From Candidatus Bathyarchaeota archaeon (GTDB lineage: Archaea; Thermoproteota; Bathyarchaeia; Bathyarchaeales; DTEX01): a stretch of DNA of 64,000 bases. The notes under the pieces are model-generated. The model worked only from the letters and a program-made list of their open reading frames with translations, ran no database searches and was not told the DNA's origin. The stretch covers positions 1-64,000 of the forward strand of contig CAVQNT010000007.1 in the NCBI GenBank assembly GCA_963714275.1. Reading direction: 5' to 3'. Shown piece after piece: positions 21,122-32,333 of this stretch. How positions within the stretch are numbered: the first letter of the stretch is position 1; each line of letters starts with the position of its first letter. Made by a program: the position numbers and the translations under genes.

Positions 21122-22483
21122 TTATCTAGCATATTCGTATTGTGAAAGACATTCGACCCTCATGCCCAATTTAGCTAAATCCTCAAATTTTTCAACTGAG
21201 CCTATACTTGTATCTATGGTTCTATATATCGGGTGAACCCACATATTTTCCGGTATAAGATTAAATTGAAGAGGAACCCTTTTCGTAATTCCATATTTTT
21301 CCAATCCTCTAATCATAGCATATTTCGTACATGCAAGGCGTACCGATGTGTAACTCTTTACCAACTGCGCCGCCCCAGATTCGCCAATTCCATGCCAAAT
21401 GGCTGCATCTTCTGGGGAACCTAAAGAGTATAAGACGAATTGGGGTGAAGATGGTGTTTCTTTATAATCATAGTTTGTTAGTTTGTCTCCATCAATTGTA
21501 AACTGATCCTCAGCCACCGCGATGCTGAAATCTTTTGGGTCAATATCGTTCGGGTAAAGTGGAGTCGTCTGATAGGTCACTTGAATGTTTTTCAGTTTTG
21601 TTCCGTCGAAGTATATTTTTCCTTTAGCTGCTCTTTTTGAGCCGAACCCTTTCTTTGAATGTGGAACCGTGAGAAGTGTTGTCCGGTTCTTCATGCTTCT
21701 CCCCATACAATTGTAAACATGCTCAATTGTCTCGTAGTCTCTATGTGTCTCCCTTATTATATGGTGTAACAAGCCATTAGTAGTTTCCTCATTAAGAATC
21801 TTTAAAGGCATTCGTATGATGGGAAAACAGAGGTCGATTCCGAATGACTCAGAGAGCTTTTTCAAACACTCTTGTTTTACACTGTCTACCATGTTCACAT
21901 AACTGTTTCCCGAATTTGTTAGGTAGTATTCAATTAGTTCTCCCTCAGATTTCGAAATGAGTGATCCTTCATATTTTTTCATGAACTTTTCATCTAACTT
22001 AAGACCTTCTGTTTTGACAAATGCAGATGGAAATGCGCTTTGTCCACTTTCCACTAATGACTTTCTCAAAGGGTTCGCTGAATACCTATCAGGCTCAATA
22101 TCGTCCGTGTTCAACAAGAAAGGGACAATCCTTCCTCTAGGAGGTTCCTCTAGCATCTCACAGATGCTAATAACATCTTCCTTGTTTATTTCATGAAAAT
22201 CATGAAGGTAAAAGTAATTTCCACATACCTCTAATAATCTTGCAGCAATTATGCCTTGAACTTCCTCAAGGGTTAGATGTGGATATGAATATTCGACAGA
22301 AGATCTTAGAAAGAAGTGATCCTCATCAAGAATGATTTCCTTCACTTGATTTTTATTCACATCAAGTAAATGGACTTTTTTATTTTTATATGCCTTGAAA
22401 TGGCGTAATTCCTCTACAATGGTTTGTATAGCTGGTCTAGAATATTCAAGGAAATCAAGTATCATTTTGCCCAGATTTGCCAA
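21122..22483 (-). CDS. Hypothetical 453-aa soluble protein
   Basis: Long intact ORF, tightly co-directional with its neighbours; no motif recognised. Confidence 0.8.
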   Translation of the reverse strand: MANLGKMILDFLEYSRPAIQTIVEELRHFKAYKNKKVHLLDVNKNQVKEIILDEDHFFLRSSVEYSYPHLTLEEVQGIIAARLLEVCGNYFYLHDFHEINKEDVISICEMLEEPPRGRIVPFLLNTDDIEPDRYSANPLRKSLVESGQSAFPSAFVKTEGLKLDEKFMKKYEGSLISKSEGELIEYYLTNSGNSYVNMVDSVKQECLKKLSESFGIDLCFPIIRMPLKILNEETTNGLLHHIIRETHRDYETIEHVYNCMGRSMKNRTTLLTVPHSKKGFGSKRAAKGKIYFDGTKLKNIQVTYQTTPLYPNDIDPKDFSIAVAEDQFTIDGDKLTNYDYKETPSSPQFVLYSLGSPEDAAIWHGIGESGAAQLVKSYTSVRLACTKYAMIRGLEKYGITKRVPLQFNLIPENMWVHPIYRTIDTSIGSVEKFEDLAKLGMRVECLSQYEYAR

Positions 22484-22492
22484 TAAAAAAAG

Positions 22493-23332
22493 TTACCCCC
22501 TTTCCAATGACTCTACGACATAAATATAATCATTAATCATCGGAGGTCCACGATACAATCTTACCAAGCTAAAGTCCTCTCTAAATCCGTTTCGCTTTAA
22601 TAGATTAAGGATTTTAGATTCTTTTTCAGGAACACACAAAGAAACCTCGCCACGATTCAGTTTTTTAAGAGTTGTCTTTAAGAGGTCCATGGCTACATCA
22701 TCATATCCTCCTCTGCAAACCAAGGGTCCTATTTCGGATTCTTCATCAAATACTTTTACCACAATAAATCCGAGTATCCAATCATCATCTGTGCATACAT
22801 GACAAAGGTTGGTTGGGTCATGTAGAACGGGTTCCAATAACCTTCTTCGAGATCCGCCAAAACATAGCCTATCTAGATCAAATATTTGTTGCATATCATC
22901 GTTTTGGGCTATTCTTATATCACTTCTGGTTGATGCGGAAAACCCTTTTCCCTTCAATACTATGAATCTTGAATCAGATTGAAAATTTTGCTTTGCATAA
23001 AAAGGGACTCGATCAACATAACTGTATAAGCCAATGGTTTCGACACCCTTGTTTGTTAAGTATTCGATTGCGTTTTTGACTATTAGCGATCCGCCTCCCT
23101 TTCCACGATAGTTTTCGTTGACTATGATGTTTCCCAACCAGCCTACTCGATTGTAACTTATTGTTGTCGCAATGCCGACTCTTTCAGAGTTAAAAAATAA
23201 AACAAAACATCCATTTGGCTCTAAGCTCATCATGTATTCGAAGTCCTCTTCAACAGAATTCCAGTTCATGGTGTCAGATAGACGAACAGCAAATTCCAAG
23301 TCTCCCAATGTCATCTTTTCGACATGAAACAT
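22493..23332 (-). CDS. Tandem GNAT acetyltransferase
   Basis: IIVNENYRGKGGG acetyl-CoA motif and a second GNAT-like domain with IGPL. Confidence 0.85.
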   Translation of the reverse strand: MFHVEKMTLGDLEFAVRLSDTMNWNSVEEDFEYMMSLEPNGCFVLFFNSERVGIATTISYNRVGWLGNIIVNENYRGKGGGSLIVKNAIEYLTNKGVETIGLYSYVDRVPFYAKQNFQSDSRFIVLKGKGFSASTRSDIRIAQNDDMQQIFDLDRLCFGGSRRRLLEPVLHDPTNLCHVCTDDDWILGFIVVKVFDEESEIGPLVCRGGYDDVAMDLLKTTLKKLNRGEVSLCVPEKESKILNLLKRNGFREDFSLVRLYRGPPMINDYIYVVESLERG

Positions 23333-23386
23333 ATATCGTACCCTTACAAAATTTATCGCATTAAATGAAATTAACCATAATGTAAT

Positions 23387-24463
23387 TCAAAATTTCAATT
23401 TAAGCCTACTTCTCTTATCGAGGTTCCTGCATCTTTCAAGTGTTGCCTTAACAATGAGAGGAAAAGCAATAGTTGCGTCGCAGTAGCATGTTGCATATTT
23501 ACCTCCAGGCTTCTCCTTCCCCCAGCTAATGCCTTCCCTAAATGTGCATCCAGATAATCCCCCCCATTGAGGACTATCTGTTGTTATCTGGAAGCCATAA
23601 TCATGTTCCGAATCGGGTGTTCCGAAATGCCTTTCAAGGAAAGCTGTCTGCTGAACATAGTTCTTTGGCACACCCCCTCCAACAAATATAACTCCCGTCT
23701 TAGACGCTGCCTTCTTAATTGATAGTATTTCGTAGTTATCCTTTATCTGATCAATTGTAAGTGGACTTTGACCCTTTTTTACGAAATGGATATAGTGTTC
23801 TGTTACTGCAAGTCCTAAAGAACTATCATTAAAAGCTGGTACAAAGATGGGGACATCATTTTTCCAGCAGTTCCAAATCACAGAATCTTTTTTATCCTCA
23901 CTAGGGGCTTTCTCGTCAATTAACTTTCCAAGATCATTTAAAAATTGTCTCGATGAAATGTTACTTATTTTTTCATTTGCCATCTTGTCTGCAAGATAAA
24001 TTATCATGTTTTCAATTGTTCCGAATTTTGATGCATCTCCCCCGAACAAAAACGTGTCATATATCCTATCAATTCCTTCCTTGCGTAGCAGTACATCGTC
24101 AGCATCCGGTGAACCAATATAGTGATGCTCCCCCAACGCCTCCACGAAATCATGGTACATGTTAGCCCCTGTGCTCACGATGACGTCGACCATGTTCCTT
24201 CTCACGGCGGTCGATATTACACCTTTCATCCCGGCTGGAACCATTGCCCCGGCGATGCCAAGAAAAATAGTCGGTCTCTCCGTATCCTCCAGCATGTCTA
24301 AGTAAATATTTGCACACATTGCTAAGGTACGGGATTGAAAGGAGGTTCGGTTGAACGCGTCCAATAATTCTGAAATAGTCTGTATCTTTTCTAAATCTAA
24401 TGGCTTGATTGTTTCCTTTAAGTATTCATTCTTTGAATTTGTTTCTACTGAATTAGGTGTCAT
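23387..24463 (-). CDS. dys: Deoxyhypusine synthase family protein
   Basis: AGAMVPAG, STGAN, GGGVPKN and WGGLSGCTFREGISWGK (catalytic Lys) motifs. Confidence 0.9.
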   Translation of the reverse strand: MTPNSVETNSKNEYLKETIKPLDLEKIQTISELLDAFNRTSFQSRTLAMCANIYLDMLEDTERPTIFLGIAGAMVPAGMKGVISTAVRRNMVDVIVSTGANMYHDFVEALGEHHYIGSPDADDVLLRKEGIDRIYDTFLFGGDASKFGTIENMIIYLADKMANEKISNISSRQFLNDLGKLIDEKAPSEDKKDSVIWNCWKNDVPIFVPAFNDSSLGLAVTEHYIHFVKKGQSPLTIDQIKDNYEILSIKKAASKTGVIFVGGGVPKNYVQQTAFLERHFGTPDSEHDYGFQITTDSPQWGGLSGCTFREGISWGKEKPGGKYATCYCDATIAFPLIVKATLERCRNLDKRSRLKLKF

Positions 24464-24609
24464 GCTTCAATAAATATAATTATGATTTTATAAATTAAAT
24501 GTTTGATATATATTCAGTTACGGTTTTCATTTGAAACAAAATTACGAAAAACTTTATAGAAAGTGTGGGTATTACCTTAGTAATAATTCGTAAAATAATA
24601 TAAATAATA

Positions 24610-25131
24610 ATGATAACTGGAAGTTCAGTAATTATGGAATCAAAACTGAATGTTAAAATTTTGCGTAATGCCAAGGTTGCCATGTTTCCCTTCATTGATT
24701 ACTTCAAGGGATTCGAGAAAGTTGAGGCTGTTAAGCGTATATTTGGGGATAAGACAGAAAGTGTACTCGATAATCTTAAGATAGAATTTGGTGGAAGGCG
24801 TGGCTACATGGGAGTAAGCAATATGGATGGGCACCTAATGATAAGCGCGGAATATTTGAATAGTGGCGACATTATGGACATATACCTCGATATAATCCAC
24901 GAGTTGACCCATGTTAAGCAGTTTTTGGACGGAAAGGAACTCTTTGACCGTCGTTACAACTATGTCGAGAACCCTACAGAAATTGAGGCTCACTACAACG
25001 CTGTTGAGGAGGCGCGTAGATTAGGATTAAGCGACGAGAAAATTTGTAACTACCTTCAGACTGAGTGGATAACAGATGAAGATTTATTGGTCTTAGCGAA
25101 GGCTCTTAACGTGAAATGTAAACCGACTTAA
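24610..25131 (+). CDS. Hypothetical protein with a zincin-like HExxH motif
   Basis: IIHELTHVKQ...EIEA pattern. Confidence 0.6.
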   Translation: MITGSSVIMESKLNVKILRNAKVAMFPFIDYFKGFEKVEAVKRIFGDKTESVLDNLKIEFGGRRGYMGVSNMDGHLMISAEYLNSGDIMDIYLDIIHELTHVKQFLDGKELFDRRYNYVENPTEIEAHYNAVEEARRLGLSDEKICNYLQTEWITDEDLLVLAKALNVKCKPT

Positions 25132-25239
25132 TAGTTACATAAAACATCATCTCTAAATCTTATTTAAAGGTTGATTTCTGTCGACAAATTTCTAAATGTT
25201 AAAAACATCTATATACTTTTGATTTGTTAGCTTAGACCT

Positions 25240-26127
25240 ATGAAAAAAGGGAAATTTTTAGGTTGGTCTAACAGTCATATTCCTTTGAGAGACGCAGATG
25301 TTGTGATTTTTGGTGTGCCTTTAGGGAAAAATTCTATAAAAATGGTTAATTTTCTTAGAGATGCGAGCTGGTTTATTGAAAGTCTTGATCCGAATAGAGA
25401 AAGAGATTTGCTTGAAAGTATAAAAATTTTTGACATAGGTAATATATCATTAACAAGCCTTGACGATATTTCTCGACAAACAAAAAGGATTATTGACCTG
25501 AATAAAATTCCATTAATTCTAGGTAAATCCCATTTACTGACTTTATATGCTTTGATGGCTTTTGATGATGTAAAGTTAGTTAGCTTCGATGCTCATGCTG
25601 ACATTAAAGATTATTACATGGACAAGAGAGTTGCTTGTTCTGTTGAGCCCTTGAGCCTGCAAGAGCCTGCAAGGTACAACTGTGCGACTTGGTTGAGAAG
25701 GTTTTGCGAGCTTGGCAATGAGAGAAAAGTTTGTTTGGTTGGCATGAGATCCTGTGGTGAAGAGGATTACAATTATTTAAAAGAGAATAGAATCCTGCAT
25801 TTTACACCTAATGATATTAAAAAGAATTTGCCATGTGTGAAAGGAAAGTTAGCAAGTTTTTGTCGAAACTCTAAGATCTACGTAAGCGTAGACATGGATT
25901 TTTTTGATCCTTCTATAGCCCCTTCTGTTGAACACCCAGAGCATAATGGACTATCTTTCATAGAATTTGCGGAATTGGTAAAGGAACTCTGTGAAGAAAA
26001 GATTGTTGGTTTAGATCTGGTAGAAATACAATATCTACCAGAAAAAATTAGGGAAGTCACGGATTCTTTAGCAGTGAGAATTATTTTGGAAATACTTTCA
26101 GGAATTAAATTTAATAAACCACAATAA
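25240..26127 (+). CDS. speB: Agmatinase/arginase-family ureohydrolase (divergent)
   Basis: DAHAD, SVDMDFFDPS and GLDLVE motifs. GKSH replaces GGxH and NCAT replaces HGT. Confidence 0.75.
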   Translation: MKKGKFLGWSNSHIPLRDADVVIFGVPLGKNSIKMVNFLRDASWFIESLDPNRERDLLESIKIFDIGNISLTSLDDISRQTKRIIDLNKIPLILGKSHLLTLYALMAFDDVKLVSFDAHADIKDYYMDKRVACSVEPLSLQEPARYNCATWLRRFCELGNERKVCLVGMRSCGEEDYNYLKENRILHFTPNDIKKNLPCVKGKLASFCRNSKIYVSVDMDFFDPSIAPSVEHPEHNGLSFIEFAELVKELCEEKIVGLDLVEIQYLPEKIREVTDSLAVRIILEILSGIKFNKPQ

Positions 26128-26181
26128 AATGGCGTGAAATTTCAAGTTAATTATATATTCAGGATGTTTTTATATGACTGA

Positions 26182-26568
26182 ATGATAGTCATGAAGTTTA
26201 TATTTTCGTATGTTGGAATAAGAGTGACGAATTTACAGAAATCTATCGATTTCTATACAAAATTACTTGGTATGAAGGTTGTGGATCAGGGTAAAATTGA
26301 GCAAACTAAGGGGGAAACTGTTGCCCTAGTAAGCGAGAAAAGCGATTTCGTTTTGGAACTAAACTATTATGAAGAAAACAGCCCTTACAACACTAAATAC
26401 ACTGCAGGAGAAGGATTGGATCATCTTGGTTTCAAGGTTGATAATCTTGAAAAGGCTCTGGAAGAAGCCAAGTTAGCAGGATACCGAATCATCTTAGAAA
26501 TGAAAGCAGATAACAATAGATGGGTATATATAGAGGACCCAGATGGGATCTGGATTGAACTATACTAA
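26182..26568 (+). CDS. VOC/glyoxalase I family protein
   Basis: SIDFYTKLLG, LELNY, DHLGF and EDPDGIWIEL motifs. Confidence 0.88.
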   Translation: MIVMKFIFSYVGIRVTNLQKSIDFYTKLLGMKVVDQGKIEQTKGETVALVSEKSDFVLELNYYEENSPYNTKYTAGEGLDHLGFKVDNLEKALEEAKLAGYRIILEMKADNNRWVYIEDPDGIWIELY

Positions 26569-26703
26569 TCGTTATGACTAATGCACATCGAAGAGATAGC
26601 TTTTCCAACGACAAGTGTAAGGTTTTCGCATACCAATAATTTTTTTGACTCTCTTGGCGGATTGTTTAATTTATATTAGGAAGAATTGTTATATTTTTTA
26701 TAG

Positions 26704-27201
26704 GTGATAATGTTGGATATTAAGGATCTATTCAATTACAATTGGTACTGTCGAAGTAAGTTTCTGAAGAGCATGGCTGAGATTCCTTGGGAAACTGTTA
26801 CCGAAAACTGTGGGGCTAGCTTCGACTCTATCCGAGACATATATGTACATAGCCTTCAAGCTGAACATGCGTGGATCAGACGTTTGACTGCAAAAAGTAC
26901 GGAGGGAATCTATGAGACTCCGTTCAGCAAGTTCGTCAGCATAAAGGATATTCAAGATTACGCTGACAAGGTTGAGACCGAAACAAACGGCTACTTGAGC
27001 AGTTTGTCGGATAAAAGGCTGGAAAGTATCTTTGAGTTTGAAGGATGGGATAAAAAGACACATAGGTACAAGATTGAGGATGTCTTGATGCACATAATTG
27101 AGGAAGAGATTCATCACCGTGGAGAACTTTTATGCATCTTCTGGCAACACGACCTTCAACCGCCATACACCAGCTATACTGCCTTCAAGGGTGAATCCTA
27201 A
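26704..27201 (+). CDS. DinB family protein
   Basis: YNW..., SIRDIYVH..AE..W and HIIEEEIHHRGE motifs. Confidence 0.85.
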   Translation: MIMLDIKDLFNYNWYCRSKFLKSMAEIPWETVTENCGASFDSIRDIYVHSLQAEHAWIRRLTAKSTEGIYETPFSKFVSIKDIQDYADKVETETNGYLSSLSDKRLESIFEFEGWDKKTHRYKIEDVLMHIIEEEIHHRGELLCIFWQHDLQPPYTSYTAFKGES

Positions 27202-27987
27202 CAAAATTCCTTCTGTGACCCAAAAAAATAATACATATTTACTCTATCTACAGACTTGGAACAATTAGTATTCAACAATTTTCGGCTACACTAGCGCTAG
27301 TTTTCTCTCTATGGCCAATAAGATATTCTTTCCATAATCCATCGGGCGTATTTGGAACAAGGTTTTACTCTCGATTTATTGCTAGCTAGCACTTAAAATT
27401 AAGACAGAAGAAAGTATGTATTGAAACAATTGCCTTTCCCAAGCCTTAATTAATCAGCTCTAGTTCAAAGTTTCAGAATCATGTGCTAGGACATATTGAC
27501 GATGTTGTTTTTATATTCTATCTCGGACTCATATGTTTAATTTATTAAATAAGTTATCAATTAAACGTGATTAGGGAAGGGAAAGGAAAGGGAATTATAA
27601 AGAAAAATATGAAAAGACTTTAATCTTGAGTAGTCCTCTCGAAAAACTTAACTAATTCCCAGACTTCATTAACCATCTACTTAGTGAATAAAAATCACTT
27701 CTAACGTGTACTTGGACTTAAATCCTAACAGTACAAGTACACAAACCATTTAGTGAGCTAGCAACTGCAGTCTCATAAACAAAGATTAAAAACTGTAACG
27801 ATAGTAAAACTTAACAGTCCAAGAAGAGTACCCGTTAAAGTTTTCTCATTTTTCTTCATTTATATAATCTTCTTAATGTCGTAACTTTTTTGTAATATCT
27901 GACCTGAAATTTAATAGGGTATGAAATCGTGGTATGGATTTCCCGTGCATATTCTTTATTATTATAGATTAAAATTTTACATCGACT

Positions 27988-29043
27988 ATGACTAGAAATA
28001 AGTTTCAATTAGTATACCTACTAATGATGCTAACAATTGCAGTGCCTAGCTTAGCATATGCTTTCATTTATGAGCAACGATCACTTAACTTCACTCAAAC
28101 TATAGTAAGAATGTGGTTTAATAATAATTGGAATTATCGAAAAAGTCATATTATTAGTGGGATTGGAACAAACGCGGGAACTAACTACCAGATTAGGATT
28201 GTTGTAGTAAATGGTACTGGAACTGACAACGGAGAGACCGTGTATATTAATAATAAGGTTAGAACCGATTTCGGTGATATCCGATTCACTACTGTAGACG
28301 GAATTCTATTGGATTATTGGCGGGAATCTTTGAATGTTAGTAAGAATGCAACTTTTTGGGTAGAGATAGCAGGCAACTTAACTGGACAAACTCAAACAAT
28401 TTATCTTTATTATGGCAACTCCATAGCAACTACAACAAGCAGTGGATATAATACCTTCATATTCTTTGACGATTTTAGCGGAGACTTGAGCAAATGGACA
28501 AAACACAAAAACGGTGTTAACATCTATATTGAATCAGGTTATCTAGTCTGTGGTGGAGGAGTAACCTCTAGCCCTTATGGTCACACTGTTCTTGGTTCTA
28601 ACGCAAGTTATTCTGGGTTCTTGAATGGCGTTATAGAAGCTGACGTTTACCCGTCTACTGAAGCACTTCCTGAGATAGGGTTTAGAGGAACCTTTAGTTT
28701 GAACACTGGGTATAAAGGCAGGTGGGATTGTCGTTCAGGAACTGAGTCGCCTTGGATGAAACCTCCATATAATAATTGGCAAGCGTTCGGCTCATCTGTT
28801 ACTAGATTCGGTATCCCAAACCAATGGCAAAAAGTAAAACTTGTCATCTATGGATTGACTTTTAGGATTTACAGTAATGGAGTGCTAAAGTCCACTGCCA
28901 CAGACTCCCAATACACTGCCTCTGGAGAAATATCTCTCCAAAACCATTATGGCTCTTATTCTAGATTTGATAATGTCAGAGTAAGAAAATATGTGGAGCC
29001 TGAACCTTCACATGGCATTTGGGGCAACGAACAAACCCGTTAA
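27988..29043 (+). CDS. Secreted DUF2341-domain protein with a C-terminal beta-sandwich
   Basis: Signal peptide, WNYRK, DFGDIRFT, LDYWRE, FWVEI, YLYYGN, FIFFDDF and FDNVRVRKY motifs. Confidence 0.8.
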   Translation: MTRNKFQLVYLLMMLTIAVPSLAYAFIYEQRSLNFTQTIVRMWFNNNWNYRKSHIISGIGTNAGTNYQIRIVVVNGTGTDNGETVYINNKVRTDFGDIRFTTVDGILLDYWRESLNVSKNATFWVEIAGNLTGQTQTIYLYYGNSIATTTSSGYNTFIFFDDFSGDLSKWTKHKNGVNIYIESGYLVCGGGVTSSPYGHTVLGSNASYSGFLNGVIEADVYPSTEALPEIGFRGTFSLNTGYKGRWDCRSGTESPWMKPPYNNWQAFGSSVTRFGIPNQWQKVKLVIYGLTFRIYSNGVLKSTATDSQYTASGEISLQNHYGSYSRFDNVRVRKYVEPEPSHGIWGNEQTR

Positions 29044-29287
29044 TGTATTGTAAATAGAGACAAACATTACTCCAGAAATATAACAACACACACATGTAAG
29101 AGTGGGAGAGTTAGGAAATATTTTTTGTTATTTTGTTTTGTATGTGATTCATCTCTCAAACATATATACATACATTTTTCACACACCTTAAGAGAATAAA
29201 AAAAGGGAGTAAAAGAGAATACGAGTAAATCTGAATATGTGAGAGGAAGAGCGAGAACGTAAACAAATGTCAGAGAGAGAGAAAAAG

Positions 29288-29313
29288 ATTAAATTTTAGT
29301 CCCCAACCCCAAA
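29288..29313 (+). repeat. Dispersed intergenic repeat, copy A
   Basis: ATTAAATTTTAGTCCCCAACCCCAAA; matches copies at 30171, 33278, 34801, 45790 and 46486. Confidence 0.75.
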
Positions 29314-29348
29314 GAAGAGAATTACAGACTCTGACCATGTGAGGATGC

Positions 29349-30059
29349 CTATTTCTCCATGGCTGCGTCTCGTAGGTCTCTAGAGAGTTTCTCAATCGCG
29401 TATCTGAGTGCCATCCGCGGCATGTTCCTCTTATTCTTCATCACGTACTCGAATACTTCCTTCTGATGGAGTCTACTTGCCTCTTTGAGAAGCCACCCAT
29501 ACCCCTTCTGGACGAGATCATCCTTGTCCTTCAATAAGCTGTTGGAAATCTCGAATACATCCTCCATAAACAAGCCTTTTCTAGCAGGTAGAATCAATGA
29601 TACTGCTGAGGCACGTCTAAGCCATCTATTATCTGATTTCGTTCAGGCTTTGAGACGGGCGATACATTGCGGGAAGCGTTCGATAAGTGCACCTACAGCA
29701 TGATTGCAGAGAGTGTCACATTTGGCCCAGTTGTTAACATATCTCTCAACCCATTTTTCGAACATGTCGAAATCATTTGCATCATAGTCTTTCCTAAGAG
29801 AGTACGCCCATTCAAACGCGATTAAAGCCTCTTCACAATAGTCTGACTGCAGAAGCTTTTCACACAGGGAAAATACCTCTTCTTTACTTTTTCCCTTGAA
29901 TTTCTCAGAATACTTCTTTGCAATCTTTCCTACATCTAGAGTCTTCACCCCATAGAATTTCACATCTTCCTTGAAGAAGCGTTTGTAGCTATTCTTAGAC
30001 TTCTCATCTACGCTTGATTTCGAATCCGCCCTAATATCAGAAATAATTCCATTTTCCAT
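29349..30059 (-). CDS. DNA alkylation repair protein (AlkD-like HEAT-repeat), frameshift near 29645
   Basis: FYGVK, NNWAKCD, RWLRRAS, VQKGYGWLLKE and MPRMALRYAIEK motifs. Confidence 0.85.
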
Positions 30060-30170
30060 AACTATACATATATTCCAGAATGGATATTTGAACTTCATTT
30101 TTACTTGATTGCTGTGGCTTAATCATCTTGCTAGCAATCATAATACCAAGTCAAGCTAGCTAGCTAGGGG

Positions 30171-30197
30171 TTAGTTTTTAATCCCCAAACCCCAAAC
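30171..30197 (+). repeat. Dispersed intergenic repeat, copy B
   Basis: TTAGTTTTTAATCCCCAAACCCCAAAC, directly preceded by GCTAGCTAGCTAG. Confidence 0.75.
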
Positions 30198-30539
30198 ATC
30201 TCTCTTTTTCCCAATCATTCTCTCATTCTCTCTCTTATATTACACCTACACACAAAACTAAATTGGACTGTTGAGTTCTACATTGAAAGAACTTTATTGA
30301 AAACGTCAATGAATTGTGTGTGTGCAATGTCAATGCGGTCAGTTCAAAAACTAAAATGAGAAATGGGTAAATGGGGAAATAGAATAAAAAGGGGAATTAT
30401 TCTAACCTTTAGAATAATTAACTAGCTAAACGAACACTCATGGGTTGTTAATCTTAGGTTCTTAGAAAAGTTCATAAATGAATAAAATTCATATTTTGTT
30501 TTGGTTGAGATGAGCTTCAGCTAGCTTGAGTAGAAGATT

Positions 30540-31223
30540 ATGGTGATTTATAAGTATCTTAAAAGAGAGTTTCTGGAGCGATTCAAAGAAGAAGGTTCAA
30601 TATGTATTGGAAACATTAAGTGGTATAGAGAAATCGAAAGTGAAAAGATACGAGACCCACACGAGGGAAGGACAACCTATCTTCTCAATACAGGAGAAGA
30701 GTCAATTGAGCTTTCTGTAGAACAGGTCAATGCAATAACAAATGATTATTACATCTCAGTACCTTTGAAAGTAAATCCACATACTTATTTTTGTTCTGAT
30801 TTGAAGGTTCCAAATGCGTTTGTTTTCAGCACTTCCAGCAGGCTTGATGAAGAATTAATGAGTTATCTCGGATATGATGCATATTATAGTATTTCTAATA
30901 TCAAGCAGTTCCTGAACGCTGTTAGTGACGAATTGAACAAGCATCACAAGTTACTTTTTTCACTAGCTCACAAAGTACGCTATGTTCCGACAAAGACAAT
31001 CAGAGTTACCAACAGTAACAAGGACGCTATAATTCGTACAACGCCATACGACAAGTCTAAGTCGGATAGAATGAAGACAATCTACGTTGAAGACTATCTC
31101 ACAAAGTCTCAAGCTTTCGAAAAAGAAGAGGAGTTCAGGCTAATATTCATAACAGCGACTCCGATTGGTAGAGAACCTGTTTATCTAAGCTCTAGGAAAT
31201 TTACTGAATACTGTGAATTCTGA
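30540..31223 (+). CDS. Hypothetical protein, loosely DUF2971-like
   Basis: IYKY...D.HEG...FSTS...KVRY...EEEFR pattern. Confidence 0.5.
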   Translation: MVIYKYLKREFLERFKEEGSICIGNIKWYREIESEKIRDPHEGRTTYLLNTGEESIELSVEQVNAITNDYYISVPLKVNPHTYFCSDLKVPNAFVFSTSSRLDEELMSYLGYDAYYSISNIKQFLNAVSDELNKHHKLLFSLAHKVRYVPTKTIRVTNSNKDAIIRTTPYDKSKSDRMKTIYVEDYLTKSQAFEKEEEFRLIFITATPIGREPVYLSSRKFTEYCEF

Positions 31224-31393
31224 GCATCTAGTGAACTAGCTCACTACTTTTATTTCGATTTGAATTCTTTGTAGTCCCAGATGTGGTCTTTGCCTTATTG
31301 GAGGTTGCAGCGATATCCATAAAACGCGTGTTAAAAAAACCAAAACTAATAATAATCTAGACACGAAAATAAATGATAAAGGGGTAAGTCATT

Positions 31394-32091
31394 TTGAGTA
31401 GAATCGGTCAAGAAGCGGGGAGTATTTTGAACGACTTATTGAAATGATTTTTAAAGCTGCTGGGTTCACAACTGAAAGAGATAAGTTGTTTTCTTCATCT
31501 TCTGGAGTTAGACACGAAATTGATGTTTGGGCTATAATAAATGCTGATAAAGTCGCAATAGAGTGTAAAGATTGGGCAAGAATGACATCCAACATACTGA
31601 AGAAAGAACTGGGCGAATTTAGGTCTAAGGTATCAGATATAGGGGCTATAACTGGAATTTTCGCAATTAACCAACCTGATGATGGTCGTTTTCAACTATA
31701 TAAAAAATACTTGAGAGAAAATGGGCTCTTCTTATGGGATAAAGATGATGTAGAAAAATGGAAGGATAAGATGGGTAGTTCTGATTATCTGAAGGAGTTA
31801 TATGATTATCTTGGACTCTCCCAACAATCCCAAACTAAAGGTGGGAAGATGTTTGGTTTTCTTAAGAGTGATGGAATGTCTACGGCTTTAAAAAAAATAG
31901 GGAAGGTAGCCTACAAATCAGCAGTGGTTACAGCAGATGTTGCACAAAAACTTGGAGAGGAATTTCTAGTAGATGAGAAACCTCGGAGAAAGAAAAAACG
32001 GACTAGTCCAAAACGCGCGCGTACTAGTTCAAAACGAAAACGACCAACGAAGAAGAAAAGAAGCAACGATTGGTCTGTGTGGACGATTTAA
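31394..32091 (+). CDS. Mrr-like PD-(D/E)xK restriction endonuclease with a basic tail; 5' frameshift near 31415
   Basis: GEYFERLIEMIF, SGVRHEIDV and AIECKDW motifs. Confidence 0.75.
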
Positions 32092-32333
32092 AAATTTTAC
32101 TAGTTAGCTAACTACAAAGTTGAAAAAAACGAATTGAGAATTTCTTCAGACTTTTTTTGGCTCTAAATTATGGCAACTTGTGGCTTGCAAATGAACTCTT
32201 AGAGGATTTTTCCATTGACTAACCGTCTTTGTTTTTCCTTATTTAGAATGGAATTTCTTATGGCATAAGTGACTAAAGGAGTAGATGGGATAGCAAGCGA
32301 CAAATCTGACATACTGAAAGTTGAATGAAGCAA

